A stretch of 64,000 bases of DNA from Amphiscolops sp. MND2022 (Eukaryota). Under the pieces are notes generated by a model that ran no database searches, was not told the origin of the DNA, and saw nothing but the letters and a program-made list of their open reading frames with translations. The DNA lies in the NCBI GenBank assembly GCA_964187785.1, contig OZ076409.1, forward strand, positions 29,328,001-29,392,000. Direction: 5' to 3'. Made by a program: the position numbers and the translations under genes. Positions 1-13,278 of the stretch are shown in pieces (within the stretch, counting starts at the first letter, position 1; the number at the start of each line of letters is the position of its first letter).

Positions 1-172
1 GGGCCTTTTCAATTCGGCTGGCAGGTCTTTCTTAAAGACACGGAGTCTTTCAGCGGACTATGCTTGAAATTGCCAAATTCCAGTTTCCTGTTCTGAGCTT
101 GAACAAATTTTTCAGAAATTTTTCTGTCAACGATAGGTCATCATTACATATACTCTGCCATCATACTGACAG

Positions 173-394
173 TATGATTCCAGGCTGATCTTACCCAGGA
201 CCATGAAGGTTTATTGTTCCAGGCTGACCACACTCTGGGCATATATGGTCCAGTCTATGATACGCCATGTTCCATAAAAAAGCAAAGTTTATGTTTCCAG
301 CCTGGCCACATTCTGGGCCATATTTGAGTCAGTCTATGATCAGCCTGGAACCATAAACCTTTATGGCCCAGAGTATGGTCAGCCTGGAGCCATA
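173..394. repeat. Short fold-back repeat built from CCAGGCTGA(T/C)CA / TGATCAGCCTGG motifs
   Basis: Motif 'ttccaggctga' recurs at ~178, ~217 and ~295; reverse-complement copies 'tcagcctgga' occur at ~340 and ~379. Confidence 0.55.
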
Positions 395-824
395 TGCAAA
401 TCAGGATAATATAGTCAGTTAACGCATACACTGATGAAATTACAAGGATACAATAGCAGTTTCATTTTTTACCGTAGCAATTAATTGTAAATTTATTGCT
501 AGGTAATCAATTAATTGCAATTCAAGTGTTTTGCTTCCAATCATGTTTGAACACCCCCGGGTGGTGACAAAGTTTTCAGTTTTTATCACTTTTTGACCAT
601 GGTTAAATAGGGGTGATGTTACATATGCAGCAACATTTTGTGGCAGCTATTCACACGCCCGAAATTGAATTTGGGTTGCACAAGGCCGAAAAAAATGGGT
701 TGCCCAAGTCGAAGTATTAATTTGGGTTGTACAAGTCGGAAAAGAATATTCATCATATTTGTTGTATGGCCCAGTCGCTTCGCTCCCTTCGCCGAGTAGC
801 AACCTTGAGGCATGGCCATATGGG

Positions 825-1362
825 ACCTGGTTGGAACTGTTTCAACTTTTTACATGTATTTGTAGGTTACAAAGCAAATTTTTCATGATTTTATAAAATT
901 CTCAAAGAATCATCCATGGATTAAAACTTCACTGATTTGATTCAAATTTATCAAGCTGCCTATAAGATGCATGCTAAATTTGGCGGCACTTCTGCACAGC
1001 AAAATTTTGCAGGTTTCACAAGGACGCCGTTCTAATTTTGAAAACAGCAGAGACCTTCGTCAACTTTATCGCCATTTTAATGCAAATACACTTCAGTCAC
1101 ATTATAAGTTTCAAATTAGCATCATATTCAGCGTGCTATTTCACTAGCGGTGATTACATAAGGTGCTTGAGAAACTTACGCGTGAAAACAAAGTGATCGC
1201 AGCGGTGAAGAAGTGGAAATGTTTTCAGTTTTAATTGAAATTGTGGAGGCTGCATTGCAATCCTACAAAAGTTTCCATGCAGGTTCAGGGAATTTTCCAT
1301 AGTTAAAAAATAGCCTGCATGTTTCCATGCTGCATGTAAAACGTTCAAGCAATCGCGACTAG
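825..1362 (+). mobile_element. MITE-like non-autonomous DNA element (CCCTAGT...ACTAGGG family), interrupted at its right terminus by the giant LTR element
   Basis: Colinear with 26493-26900 (ttggaactg...tgtaggttac...caagctgcctataagatgcat...cagcgtgctattt...gactag|gg). The last GG of the terminus lies after the LTR element at 19883-19884. Confidence 0.8.
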
Positions 1363-1631
1363 TGTACTGACCTACATTAATAACCAATAGTATTTAGATG
1401 TTCATAGAATGTTCTAGAATGTACATTTATTTGTTATTGAATGATTGTAAATCTCTACTCCTTCAGAGAGAGAAAACTAATAATCAGTATTCAGTTGACT
1501 TCCTTTTTGTTCTACTCCTAACACCTCGGAATAGTTGTAATTAAGTAAGCTAGCTAGCCTGTCTCTCAGCCGCTTTTAGTAGTTGCGTATAAGACCATCA
1601 AAAACAATAACCAACCATTAAAAGCAGCACA
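1363..1631 (+). repeat. 5' LTR of giant element
   Basis: TGTACTG...CAGCACA; matches 19610-19878 except for 2 substitutions. Confidence 0.97.
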
Positions 1632-1634
1632 ATT

Positions 1635-1646
1635 TGGTGCGACTTG
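1635..1646 (+). promoter_or_regulatory. Putative primer-binding site
   Basis: TGGTGCGACTTG begins 3 nt after the LTR; TGG is complementary to tRNA CCA. Cognate tRNA not identified. Confidence 0.7.
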
Positions 1647-2113
1647 TAAAATTTTTCTTTTGCCTTTTCTCCTGGATGATTTCTCTTCTCTCAACAATCA
1701 TACAAATACCACTCTCCATATTTGAAATTCTCTGGAATTGCAGTGAAATCTTTCTAGAATTTCTTGAAAGTTTGGTCTGTGACTTTCTAAATTTCATTAA
1801 TAAATACATCATCCTTCGAAACACAATTTCTCCACTACAACAATCAACTTTAATATAACAAATTTTCTTCAATACCGGTTTATCACGTTTTCTAACACGT
1901 TGACACTGTTCTTCTTCCTGTTCTTCTAGCCATACCGGTTTATCACGTTTTCCAATACGTTGAAACGGTTTCTTTTCGGACTGATTTATCCATTGTGACA
2001 CAGTTCTGTTTTTCTTCTTTTTCCAGAATGATTTATCCAAAGTGACACAGTTCTGTTCTCCATACTGATTTATCACAGCTAATCCGGAAGCTTGTTGAAA
2101 CAGTTCTCTGATG

Positions 2114-2250
2114 TTTGTCTGGTTTATCAAGGTTTTCTAACACCTTTGACACAGCAACATTTGTCTGGTTTATCAAGGTTTTCTAACACCTTTGACACAG
2201 CAACATTTGTCTGGTTTATCAAGGTTTTCTAACACCTTTGACACAGCAAC
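2114..2250 (+). repeat. 46-bp tandem repeat x3 in the 5' leader of the giant element
   Basis: tttgtctggtttatcaaggttttctaacacctttgacacagcaaca starts at 2114, 2160 and 2206; related diverged units at ~1872 and ~1932. Confidence 0.9.
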
Positions 2251-3603
2251 TTTCTTCAATCCTGCTATCTTGAACGTCAGGTGGACTCCTGGTGTAATAG
2301 TTGACTGAGTGCATGTCCAACTCCGCTCACCTATAAGCACATACGTCTCAAGATCAACTTCGTGTTGGCAGAAAACCTGGATTTTCTACTTTTACGTTTC
2401 GGATCCCCTTTCTACAAAATTTCCTACAAAAAAATTTCAGAAATAGACTCTGAAAACAAAAAAAGGCAACCAAGACTAACTACCATAAACAACCACGCAC
2501 TATTCCCTTTCTTTCCCTATTGTCGACAAACAATACAAATAAATTCACAAAACTTAAATAATACAAATAACTTCAAAAATGGTTTCAATAACCAACAAAA
2601 AGAACAATAACAAATAAACTCAAACTTACCTCAAGTACTTCCAATAATAATAAATTTAACATAATCCTACAAAACAATTATTTTAACAAAATACAACATA
2701 CAATTTTCACAACTCTTTTGCTTTAAAACTTAAAATAAGGCATGTAAATAACACAAACAAAGTAAAGTTAGTTTTCTACTTTCAGGCACCCACAATTCCT
2801 ATCCCCTCCCGTTAAAATTTGGCCAATCAGACAGCCTCACCAGCGTACTCTGATTCTAAGACTGACTGAAAACCTTAGTTAAGTGTAAACGTTTTTAAGG
2901 AGAATCGAGAGGACACCGAACTACGTTCGAATCTTCAAAATTCTCAGGAAGTAAAAGTAAAAGTAAAAGAAACAAAGATCAAATTTTGATCTTGATCAGT
3001 ATTGATCAGACTTTGGATAGTGGACGTTGATTGTTCAGAGTTCCACTCCTTTAGTCTTAAAACACACAACCCACTTAAAATTAAAACAACCTTAGTTTTC
3101 TGGACGTGTCAGTAACCTTATGTTAGACACCTTAAAGTGATCCAGACTTAAAATAACATTTAGTTTCTGTTAGCAATCCTTTGAGGTTGAATACAGATCC
3201 TACTGCACCCGCTTATTTCTTCTCTATCCTAAAATATTAACTTCTCAAATAACTTCAAATTACAATACAACTTATATGAACCCAAACCAAGAAATTTATC
3301 CTTTCAACTTTTTTTTCCACCAATTAGCTCACTTCAAAACCCTACACCAAACGATTTTGAAAGATTAATTGAACAATATCAACGATATTTCTTCTTTATC
3401 ATAAATCAACAAAGAAATTACCCAATAGCTCGAACTTAGAAAATCTTTATACAAGACATTTCAACGTTATAACCTTCACATTATAACATGTGGGAAAAGG
3501 TTACTACAGTAGTACTCATTACAACATACACGTTTTGTGTCTTATTTATAGTTTGTGTTCTTCTTGAAAAAATACTTACAGTGATAAGAGATAAACTTTA
3601 AAA

Positions 3604-6600
3604 ATGTGCTCAACGACAACCCCTCTACCTTTCCAAACTCCCGTCATTAAAAATGCAAAAGTTGTAAAATTAGAACTAAACCCATTTCTACAAAACATTA
3701 TTTCACATTATACACAACCACTCCCATTTGAAAATGAGCCACACACAATTGAAACAATCCCTCTTATTAGAGAACATTTGGACACATACCTTTTCTATAT
3801 TAGATATAAAGTTTTAACAATCACCGAAGAATACCCACCTTTTCAAATATCCTTTCCTCAACAAAAACTTAACTCATCTCATATATACAGAAGAACAATA
3901 AACCCAATAAACCTTCAAGTTCCTATTAAACAAGTTTTTCATGCTTTTCTAAATAATGTAAAAGACCACAATTTAGCACACGAAATTCCAAAATATAGTC
4001 CAAATGCACTCGACGATCTTCAACGATACATAGACAATTTCGACGTAGAAATTATTGAAACATTGGTTAATCCTGAAGACAACCCTCATCATTGGTTACA
4101 AGCTGACATAGTACGAATTCAAAATTTCATCTACCACTACTTCAAAGACCTAACATTAAATGACCAAACAATTCCTCAGATCAAAGTAATATCTTTATTT
4201 CTCAGAAAATATTTCAGATTTAATTATCAATTATTATGGTCTCAACAAGATCAATCTGCTTTTACAGAATTTCCAGATCAATTTACATTAGAAGAATGTT
4301 TACCATTCATCATCAGTGAACAAAATGAACACCCTTACTTTCATAAACCACAATTAATTACAAAACAAACCTTAGATTACATACGTTTCGATCCTCTATT
4401 AATCACAGAAAATGATCTATTCCCAGATAATAGACCTTACCACTATCAACAAAATTCTCAAGATCAACAAAATTTACATTTTAACACTAACAATTCTACT
4501 GAAGATGATAACACCGATCAGGAAAATACAACCCAACAACAAAATCAACCTGAAAACTATAACGATAACGAGTTTACTACCCAAGAATCTACAATCTCAA
4601 CATATAATCCATCACAAACAGGGACATCAACATCAGTACATACTCACTCCTTTAGAGTTCCCACTAGAGTTGTAAATCAAAGACAAAATATACATAGTCC
4701 TCAATCTCATTTAGATACATCTCCAAACCGTAATATAACTTTTAACCTTCCACATACAGATGACATAAACGATGAAACCCATGATACATTACAATATAAT
4801 ACTATGACTACATCTAGTGCTCAGAATACTTCTGCTAATGTTGCATCTCCAACAAGAACTACCTCTGATTCTACAAGATACATTACTCGACCTAGATATG
4901 ATCCTCCATCAATTCCCTCCGCCTTTCGCTCAAACAGATCGACCACTTCTAGTAATAATTTTAATGATAATCCTCAAACTTCCAACCGATATTACGATCC
5001 ATTTTATTATAACTTTTATCCTCCATCAAACACAACTACCAATACAAATATAAACCAAAACCACTCTCAAATTAATACAATTTCAACAACACAAAACCCC
5101 TTCATACAATTATCAAATACCAATACGTCCCAGAATATATATTCTCAAAATCGAGGAACCTCGTGTACTTCCATTTCTTATTCTAATATTACACAGGATT
5201 CTCAAAGAAGACTTCATATTCCTCCACTTACACATATCCCAACTGATCCTCTGTATCGAATGCATCCAAATCCAAATCTTAACCCTAATCCTAACCCATC
5301 CTCACCAAATACAATCCAACATATACCTCCACCACTCACACAACAATTAGCTTCTTCACACCAATATCTACCAATGCCACAAGATAACTTTATAAACATG
5401 TCCGCTTCAATACCAGAACCTATGAAACCTTTTGATGGTTTGGACCATTCTTACACCCCCGAAGAATATCTACAACAAGTCGAAGCAAGATTAACCTTCG
5501 CCATAGGTGAAGAACCTCAAAATAATCCTATAAAATACAAATCTTGGCATAACAGACGCATGGCTTACATACAATGTTCATTAATAGGAACAGCTCTCGA
5601 TTGGTACACTAACCTCCATATATCATATAAACAACAATGGAATTCCTTTGTACAACTATTCAAAAAACAATTCTCATCTCAAAAAACTGCTTACTACGCT
5701 CAAGTAGAAGCTATGTCACTCATGAAAAAGGATAATGAAACAGTTCGCCACTTCGCCCTTAGAGTACAACAATTAGTTAAAAAGGGATGGTGTAATGAAA
5801 ATGCAGCTACCATAAATCTCAAAAATAATGAAATCTTTACAAAAGGGTTACCAAAGAAGTTAAAAGATTTTGCCCATAAATGACGAGTTAAACATGTATC
5901 AACATTACTTGAACCTTCAATACCATTTCATACACTTGTTAGACATGTCGATTCAGAAGATATTGCCAATGAAAAAATCAGAACTAACGACTTAGCCCTA
6001 GAAATAAACAAAGTATCGCTTGAAGAGGATACTAACAAAAAAAAATTTGAATACGAAGATCAGATAATGGTTACTCAAACTGGAGACCCAAATAACAAAA
6101 GCAAACCAGCGTATAGAAAATATTGTTCCTATTGTCATAAAAATAATCATAGTATTTCAAATTGTTATCAAAAACAACGTGATGACGAATACCAGAACTA
6201 CAATAACCAAAGATCACGAACTCCTCAACAATCCTTTGTACAATATTTTCGCAGTAAACCTAATAATCCTCAGGAAAATCGAAATGAAAATACAAACTCT
6301 TATTCCTCAGATAATGATCGTAATAAATATAATCAAAACTACTATAATGATAGATACAGAAACAATGATAGATATCGTAGCAATAGTAGAGAATATTCGC
6401 AAAACAACTATAGATCAAACTCTCGACAAAGATATTATAATCGATCCCGAAGTCTGTATAGATCTCGATTTGATAATTATTATCAAAGAAGAACTCCATC
6501 TAGATCTCCATATAGATCTCCATACAGAAATAACTCAAATTACAGATATAATTCTCGCTCAAGATACAGATCTCGTTCTCAATCACAAGGAAACTCCTTT

Positions 6601-7212
6601 AAACGATATAATTATCCATATAGATCTCCATCAAGACCTAGAGATTTTAGATCAAGATCTAGAACACCCTCAAGAAACAGACAACAAAACAGAATAAATC
6701 AAGTAGACGTTAAACCCCCAAAAGAAAATGATAGTACAAAATTTGAAATCCACACCTGTCAAATGACTGAAATAGCTAATACAATCACCCTTTATAGTTG
6801 GTTTTATCCACTATATATTCACGCCTCTGAAACAAATGACAACATATTACCTTCAAAATTAGAAATCTTATTCCTTTTAGATACTGGAGCTTCCATATCT
6901 GTTTTGAATTTACCAACATTTAATGTAATTTCCAAACAATTAAACATCAATGTTCCAACTAACCTCCAAAACAAAAGAGCCAAAACTCTTACAGTTGCAA
7001 ACCAAACTGAAGTACCAATAATACATTTTATTTCGATGACCTGTTTCACTGAAGTAAATCACAAAACACGATCCTTCAATATCGATTTTGCCGTAGCAAA
7101 TATCAAATACAACATTCTTGGAACACCCTTTTTCAAAAAGCACATCCAAAATATTGATTTTCAACAAAACATTATGACGTACACAGAACAACATCCAAAG
7201 CTTTCAAAAAAA
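3604..7212 (+). pseudogene. gag: Gag-protease, interrupted by one in-frame TGA at 5881-5883
   Basis: Capsid-like block PFDG...LIGTALDWY...W..F...F...ETVRHFALRV; CCHC knuckle CSYCHKNNHSISNC; RS-rich tract; aspartic protease LLDTGASIS...ILG. ORFs 3604..5883 and 6067..7440 share a frame with no other stop between them. A decayed N-terminal extension may start at ATG 3276. Confidence 0.9.
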
Positions 7213-10200
7213 CTACATTTTCTACATTTACAGAAAAAGATTATCCATATATTTCTTACATTTATACTATTAAATGTAAGGAACCAATTCACTTTAAACC
7301 AAGGTCAGGAAAAACCATACCTTTTCCAATTAAAAACTATTCAAATCTACATTTTGAACTCGAAGATAATACGAAGTTCTACCCAACAAACCCATATACA
7401 TATTTCTTACAAAAATTTAAAAATATCTTTCATTTCTTAGACATGATAGTCAATGAAAAAAGCAAAGACTCATGTGCAACTATAATTCAAAACTTTACAT
7501 CTTACCCAGCTACATTACCACGAGGAATTATTGGATATATAGAAATACCTATTACGCAAACAACTCCTCCTCACTACAGAGTTAACGATGTAAATTCACT
7601 CATTCACTCTGTAATACATGCATATCACCCTGATACCACAACCCCGATTAAACAAAATCCATATACAGATATGAACTTATGTACTAGGGTAATACCACAA
7701 TCCCTATTAGAAATAAACAAGATAGAAATTAACGACAAAACACTTCAACTTCCTATACCTTCTGTTACTGGAAACCTTCGACCTTCAGATAAATTTCGAA
7801 AAGATTTCCCTCCAATACCCTATTCTACAGAAAACCAACAATTCATAAAGAAGTTCAATTTCGAATACTCAGATTTAACCGATACAGAATATGTAAATCT
7901 CTGCAAGATTCTAATTAACAACCAAAATTGTTACGCCAAACATAAAAACGACGTAGGAAAGATTTCTACTCCTTTTCGAATTAGAATAAAAGATAATTGT
8001 AAACTTCACACACAAAGACCTTCTAAAGTACCTATCCACTATAGAGATAGACTAAATAAACTTTTACTAGAACTCGAAAAATACAACATCATAAAACAAA
8101 TTGGTTCGACAACAGATGAAAAACATACTATTGGAACAACATTTTTAAACCCTTTAATTATTATCCCAAAAGGAGACGCAATAAAAGTTGTTTTAGACGC
8201 AAGACATCTAAACTCAAACACTAACCAAGAACTTGAATCTTGGCCTATTGAACCTTTAGCTCCTCAATTAGCTAGAGCAAACAAAAAATACAAATCAACT
8301 ATTGATCTAATGTATGCATATGCTCATACACCATTAGATGAAGAAACAATTAAACTTACAGGATTTTCATCCGGTGACAAATTATACGCCTTTATTCGTG
8401 GATTTTACGGATTAAAAGGACTTCCAAACTTCTTCACAAAACAAATGTCAACTTTCTTTAGATCACTTATTGACAAACGTTCTGCGTTAGTTTATATAGA
8501 TGATATTCTATTACTCGCAAATGAAAAACAAGAAATGTTTGAACTTATAAAAGAATTACATACAATAGCATCTCGAGAAAATCTCAAACTTGCACCTGAA
8601 AAATCGTTCTACATGTTACTCAAAGTAAAATTCCTTGGACATGAAATTGGTAACAACACAATTAAGCCAATTCCATCCAAAATTGAAGCTATTAAAAGAA
8701 TCCCATCACCAAAAGAAAAGAAAGATGTTATGCAATTTCTTGGCAGTGTTAACTTTTATTCAAAATTCATTGAAAAACTTCATATAAACCTTAAACCATT
8801 GTATACATTACTACATGATGATGTTAAATTTCAATGGACACCTGAATTAGAGAAACTATTTCAAAATGTTAAAAACGCAATGACAGCAAACACTGAATTA
8901 ACAATACCCAACACCACGCATCCATTTTTTATAACAGTAGATGCTTCGTTAGTAGGTTTAGGCGCAGTCTTATTCCAAATGAACGAAGAAAATAAGATGA
9001 AAGTAATTTCTTATAACTCCAGAATTCTCAATACACAAGAACAAAAACTTTCAACTTTAGACAGAGAACTTCTTGCAATAGTTTACGCATTACAAATATA
9101 TGAATTTTTGATCATTGGATCTCCTCATCCTATATATCTCTTCACAGATCACAAGCCTTTACTACATTGTTTCGCAAAGAAAGGAAATCTTAGTCCTAGA
9201 TTCTATAGAGCACAAATGCAATTAACCAAATTTTCCAAATTAAAAATCATTCATACCCCTGGAAAAAATTTAACTGTAGCAGACATGCTTTCAAGAACCT
9301 TTACAAAAGAACAGCTACAAGTACACCAATTACGACACAAACAATTACCACCTCAAATAGATTTCTCTATCATGAAAGATAATCAACTCAAACCAGTACA
9401 TTATTTAGTAAAACATGAAGAAATAAAATATAATCAAAAAAAAGATTGTCATCCTATCCTTGCTGACTACGGAGACGACCAATTCTCCATCCGTATAAAT
9501 AACAAAGGAGAAGATATACATATAAAGCCTTTAGATTCCTTCTCTTTTCAATCTATTGTTCCATTCGAATCAAAATATAAAAAGCCTACAAAAAAACAAG
9601 CAAAATCTCTTTTACAACAATCGACAATTCTTAATGATACTGACATTCTTAGTGATGAAGATGAAATAACACCATCAAATAATATCCAACAACAAAACTC
9701 GAACATAGTAAAAAAATACACCCTTGCTATACAATATCCTACCAAATCTGACTATTGTACACAACAAGTTCCATTTTTTGATCCATCCTTTTTCAAATAC
9801 AAAAATTATTTTAATTACTTCTTCCTACCAGAAGATACACAAATAACCATTGAAACAATAAAAACTCAACAAAATCAAGATACTGTTTTACAAAAGGTTT
9901 ACCAATGGATACTTAATAATGAAAGACCCTTACAAATAGACCCAACAAATGCAGCTAACTCTTTCTTATTAGTATATTACAAACTCTTCAACCAATTATA
10001 TATTAATCATGATACAAAAATTATTCACATAGATTATCCTAATCTTCACGATTCAAACCCGAATCAAAGAGACAAAGTATGTCTACCATTTAAACTTTTC
10101 CACACAGCTTTTAACAAACTTCATGCTCATGGACATTCAGGAATAAAAATATCCATCAAAGCTTTCAACCAATTTTACTTCATACCGTACCTGAATAAAT

Positions 10201-11637
10201 GGATGTCAATATTCATCCATGATTGCATTGAATGCCAACAAAATAAACATATTAACCAAAAATTACAAACTGCATCTATACAAACCTTCTCAGAAAATGC
10301 TTCATATTTTAATTACCGAATATCAATGGATACAAAAGGACCTATAAACCCACCATCAAATCAAAATTCATACATTCACGTTATAGTAGACGCTTTTAGT
10401 CACTTTGTAGTAACAGTACCCATAAAACAAAATAATGCTCAAAACGCTGTTAACTCACTACTACATCATTGGTTAACAAAATTTGGACCTCCTGTATACC
10501 TAGTTACCGACCGTGGAACAGAATATATTAATTCAGAATTTGCAAATCTTTGTATCACAATGGGAATTAGACATTCACCAAGAACTCCTTATGCACCATG
10601 GACAAATGGTTTAGTTGAAAATCAAAACAGAAATCTTGGAACTCATCTCAGACTTTTCTTACATAACACTCCAGAAAATTGGTCAACTCAAGTCCATATG
10701 TATGCTTATGCACATAATTCACAACCACTTTCTGAATTAAACTTATCTCCATATGAAATAGTATTCCATACTATACCCAGAATTCCAATCAACTTTGAAC
10801 TCAATCTCCAAAGAGATACATATAGAAATTGTACTTCTCAATATTGTCAAGAATTACCACTTCATACACACTATGACAAATCAAATCTAAACCCTTTCTT
10901 TCATAAAATTTTATCTAAACCAATTCCACAATGGATCTTAGCTACTGAAACTGCTATGATACAGATATACCATACGGTATATGAAAACACAAAAAGAAAG
11001 ATTAATTCCTATGCTTATTTTAACAAAACATATCACAATCCAAGACCCTTAGATATTGGTACATTTGTACTAAAAGAAATTTTCTCCATGTTCATTTTTC
11101 CGATAAATTAAAACCTCTCAGAATTGGCCCATTCAAAATTATTAACAAACTCTCCGATATAACATATGAAATTGTTAATCAAGATGGGTATACATCGCAC
11201 ATACATAGAAATCATTTAATTCCTTATTATCCAAAAGAACCAGTTATTTTCCCTTTCATACAACAATATAACCCTCATTTATTTAATGACTGTCATTCAA
11301 ATACAAACGATCAAATAATTAACTCTGATGAAGACAAATATACAGACGAAGAACAATTTCCTTCCACAACATTTAATAAAGAAACGGATATACCATCCAC
11401 GATTGACTTACAACCAGAACCATTTAACCAATATTCTTCATTTCCATATAAACAAAAAGAACAAATTACTCAAAATACCTCCCTGGATAACCAATCAGAT
11501 ATTCATGATTATGATAATTTTATTAATCCCCAAGACACTCCTATAATAGATACAATTTCCGCCCACAACCAAGAAAAGACTACCGACTCTTCCTTGGTGA
11601 AAAGGATATAATTTCATTTTCTCAAAAATCCTGCTGA
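7212..11637 (+). CDS. pol: Pol: reverse transcriptase, RNase H, integrase with GPF module (frameshifts at ~7210, ~11075, ~11535)
   Basis: RT VVLDARHLN and YIDD; RNase H TVDAS, RELLA, TDHKPL, ADMLSR; integrase HAHGH..CIEC, MDTKGP, TDRGTEY, NGLVE. The -1 frame after 11075 gives KLKPLRIGPFKII...YEI. All catalytic residues appear intact. Confidence 0.95.
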
Positions 11638-11806
11638 AATACGGAATACAGAAAGAAATACACACAAAGAAAGTTTGAAAGAAAGAAAAAGTTTGAAGCT
11701 TAATGCGAAAATAAATGAAATTTATTTCACGAATGAGAATAAAAGAAAGAAGTCCTAATTGATATAAAACTATAACTATTTTACAAGCTGAAGCTAACTA
11801 TCATAA

Positions 11807-13276
11807 CACAACGATTTCAAAATTGATAGACATATTCACTCACCATCATCAACTACAAATAACTCTTCTTCTAGTTCAACACATTCACTCCAAAGATTAC
11901 CTGAATATACAGCATATTTAAACTCAGATACAGACATACTGGATTCCTCATCCTCAAATCCCAGTCCATCCGCTCCATATACTCCTGATAGAGTACCAAC
12001 AACACCCACTAATACACCTATATCCCAAACTCAACCACAAATATTAACAACTCAATCACAACCTATTTCACGAAATCTAACATTTTTAGAAACAAATTCA
12101 CCACTTTCTGACTCTAATGATGAAACACCTACAATATCAAATACACAAGATACTTCAGATATTTTGAATAGACCTCCTCTTCCACCGATTACTACTACTC
12201 GTTCTATTCATATCCCTGATCCTAGCTCAGTCCTACAATACATAAATTCTTGTCCACACAAAGTACCAACTGCAACGAAAACAAAAAGAAAAACTCCTTT
12301 ACCTACATTACCACAAAATCTTGATTTACCATCATCAAGTAATATCCCAATAACATTTTTACCAGAACCTTCATTAAAATCACCAACGAAAAAATCACAA
12401 CAATACCCAACTCCTTCACCATCGGAACTAAGTTCCTTCACATTTTCTCAAATATATCCCAAGCTTGAATTACAACGTGTACATTCAACAACTACCTCTT
12501 CATTAACAGATTTATATCATAAAGATAAAGACTCTGACTCAACTGCTAGTACTAGAGTACCAAGACATAATTATAACCTTCGATCTCAACAACAAAGAGA
12601 TTCTCAAGAATTACAATCCTTAACTAGTTCAAGTACAAACTCAAGACTACTTCGACAACACGCCCAACCCAGATTGGACACTTCTTCTCTTTCCTCATCT
12701 CAGCCCACTATACCATCTTCTCTATCACAACCATTTCAAATCACATCAGGATTTGAAACAGCCTCTCTTATTTCTGAAGAGCCAGCAACTATATCAGATA
12801 GCGCAGCTAATTTTTCACGAGTTTACTCACCTAGTTCAATAGCATCAAACTCCTCTATACAATTACCTGAATATTTTTTAGAAGAATTCTCAAGACCTCC
12901 ATCGCCAAATCCTCACGAATATCCTATTCGTATTAACTCAAAAATTGTTCGCACGCTTAACGAAGATCCTCGATACACGGTATTACCTGCAAGATTTATA
13001 AACAATAGTTCACTCTCAACTCAAAGAAAACAAAGAGAACTACGAAGATTACAAGAACAACAACTCACATTAAAATTTGAAGTAGAAGTCACATTCAACT
13101 CGTTAGGACCTCATCCATTCTCTCTTTCAACAAGAGTAGCACATAAAACAACCCCATCACCATTCATTGTTACCTCCATTTCCTACCTTTGTGACGCAGA
13201 TTTACCTGAGATTAGAACAGGACATATAAACTTTTTTAATCCCTACTCAGGACTCAATTATAGATCAATATTTTAA
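11807..13276 (+). CDS. Accessory ORF3: Ser/Pro/Thr-rich disordered protein with a short C-terminal globular segment; no ATG start
   Basis: Frame open from 11807 to TAA 13274-13276 (~490 codons; the track starts it at TTG 12164). Contains PSAP and YPKL motifs. Confidence 0.7.
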   Translation, partial: HNDFKIDRHIHSPSSTTNNSSSSSTHSLQRLPEYTAYLNSDTDILDSSSSNPSPSAPYTPDRVPTTPTNTPISQTQPQILTTQSQPISRNLTFLETNSPLSDSNDETPTISNTQDTSDILNRPPLPPITTTRSIHIPDPSSVLQYINSCPHKVPTATKTKRKTPLPTLPQNLDLPSSSNIPITFLPEPSLKSPTKKSQQYPTPSPSELSSFTFSQIYPKLELQRVHSTTTSSLTDLYHKDKDSDSTASTRVPRHNYNLRSQQQRDSQELQSLTSSSTNSRLLRQHAQPRLDTSSLSSSQPTIPSSLSQPFQITSGFETASLISEEPATISDSAANFSRVYSPSSIASNSSIQLPEYFLEEFSRPPSPNPHEYPIRINSKIVRTLNEDPRYTVLPARFINNSSLSTQRKQRELRRLQEQQLTLKFEVEVTFNSLGPHPFSLSTRVAHKTTPSPFIVTSISYLCDADLPEIRTGHINFFNPYSGLNYRSIF

Positions 13277-13278
13277 CC

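Noticed and set aside
2114..2250. 46-bp repeats as a CRISPR array
   Set aside because: Contiguous identical units with no unique spacers, located inside a retroelement leader.
5881..5883. TGA as a programmed readthrough codon
   Set aside because: It lies inside the capsid region upstream of the zinc knuckle, so a nonsense mutation (e.g. CGA/AGA to TGA) is more parsimonious.
4412..9745. Short overlapping or antisense ORFs within gag-pol
   Set aside because: Expected shadows of the strongly A/C-biased coding strand.
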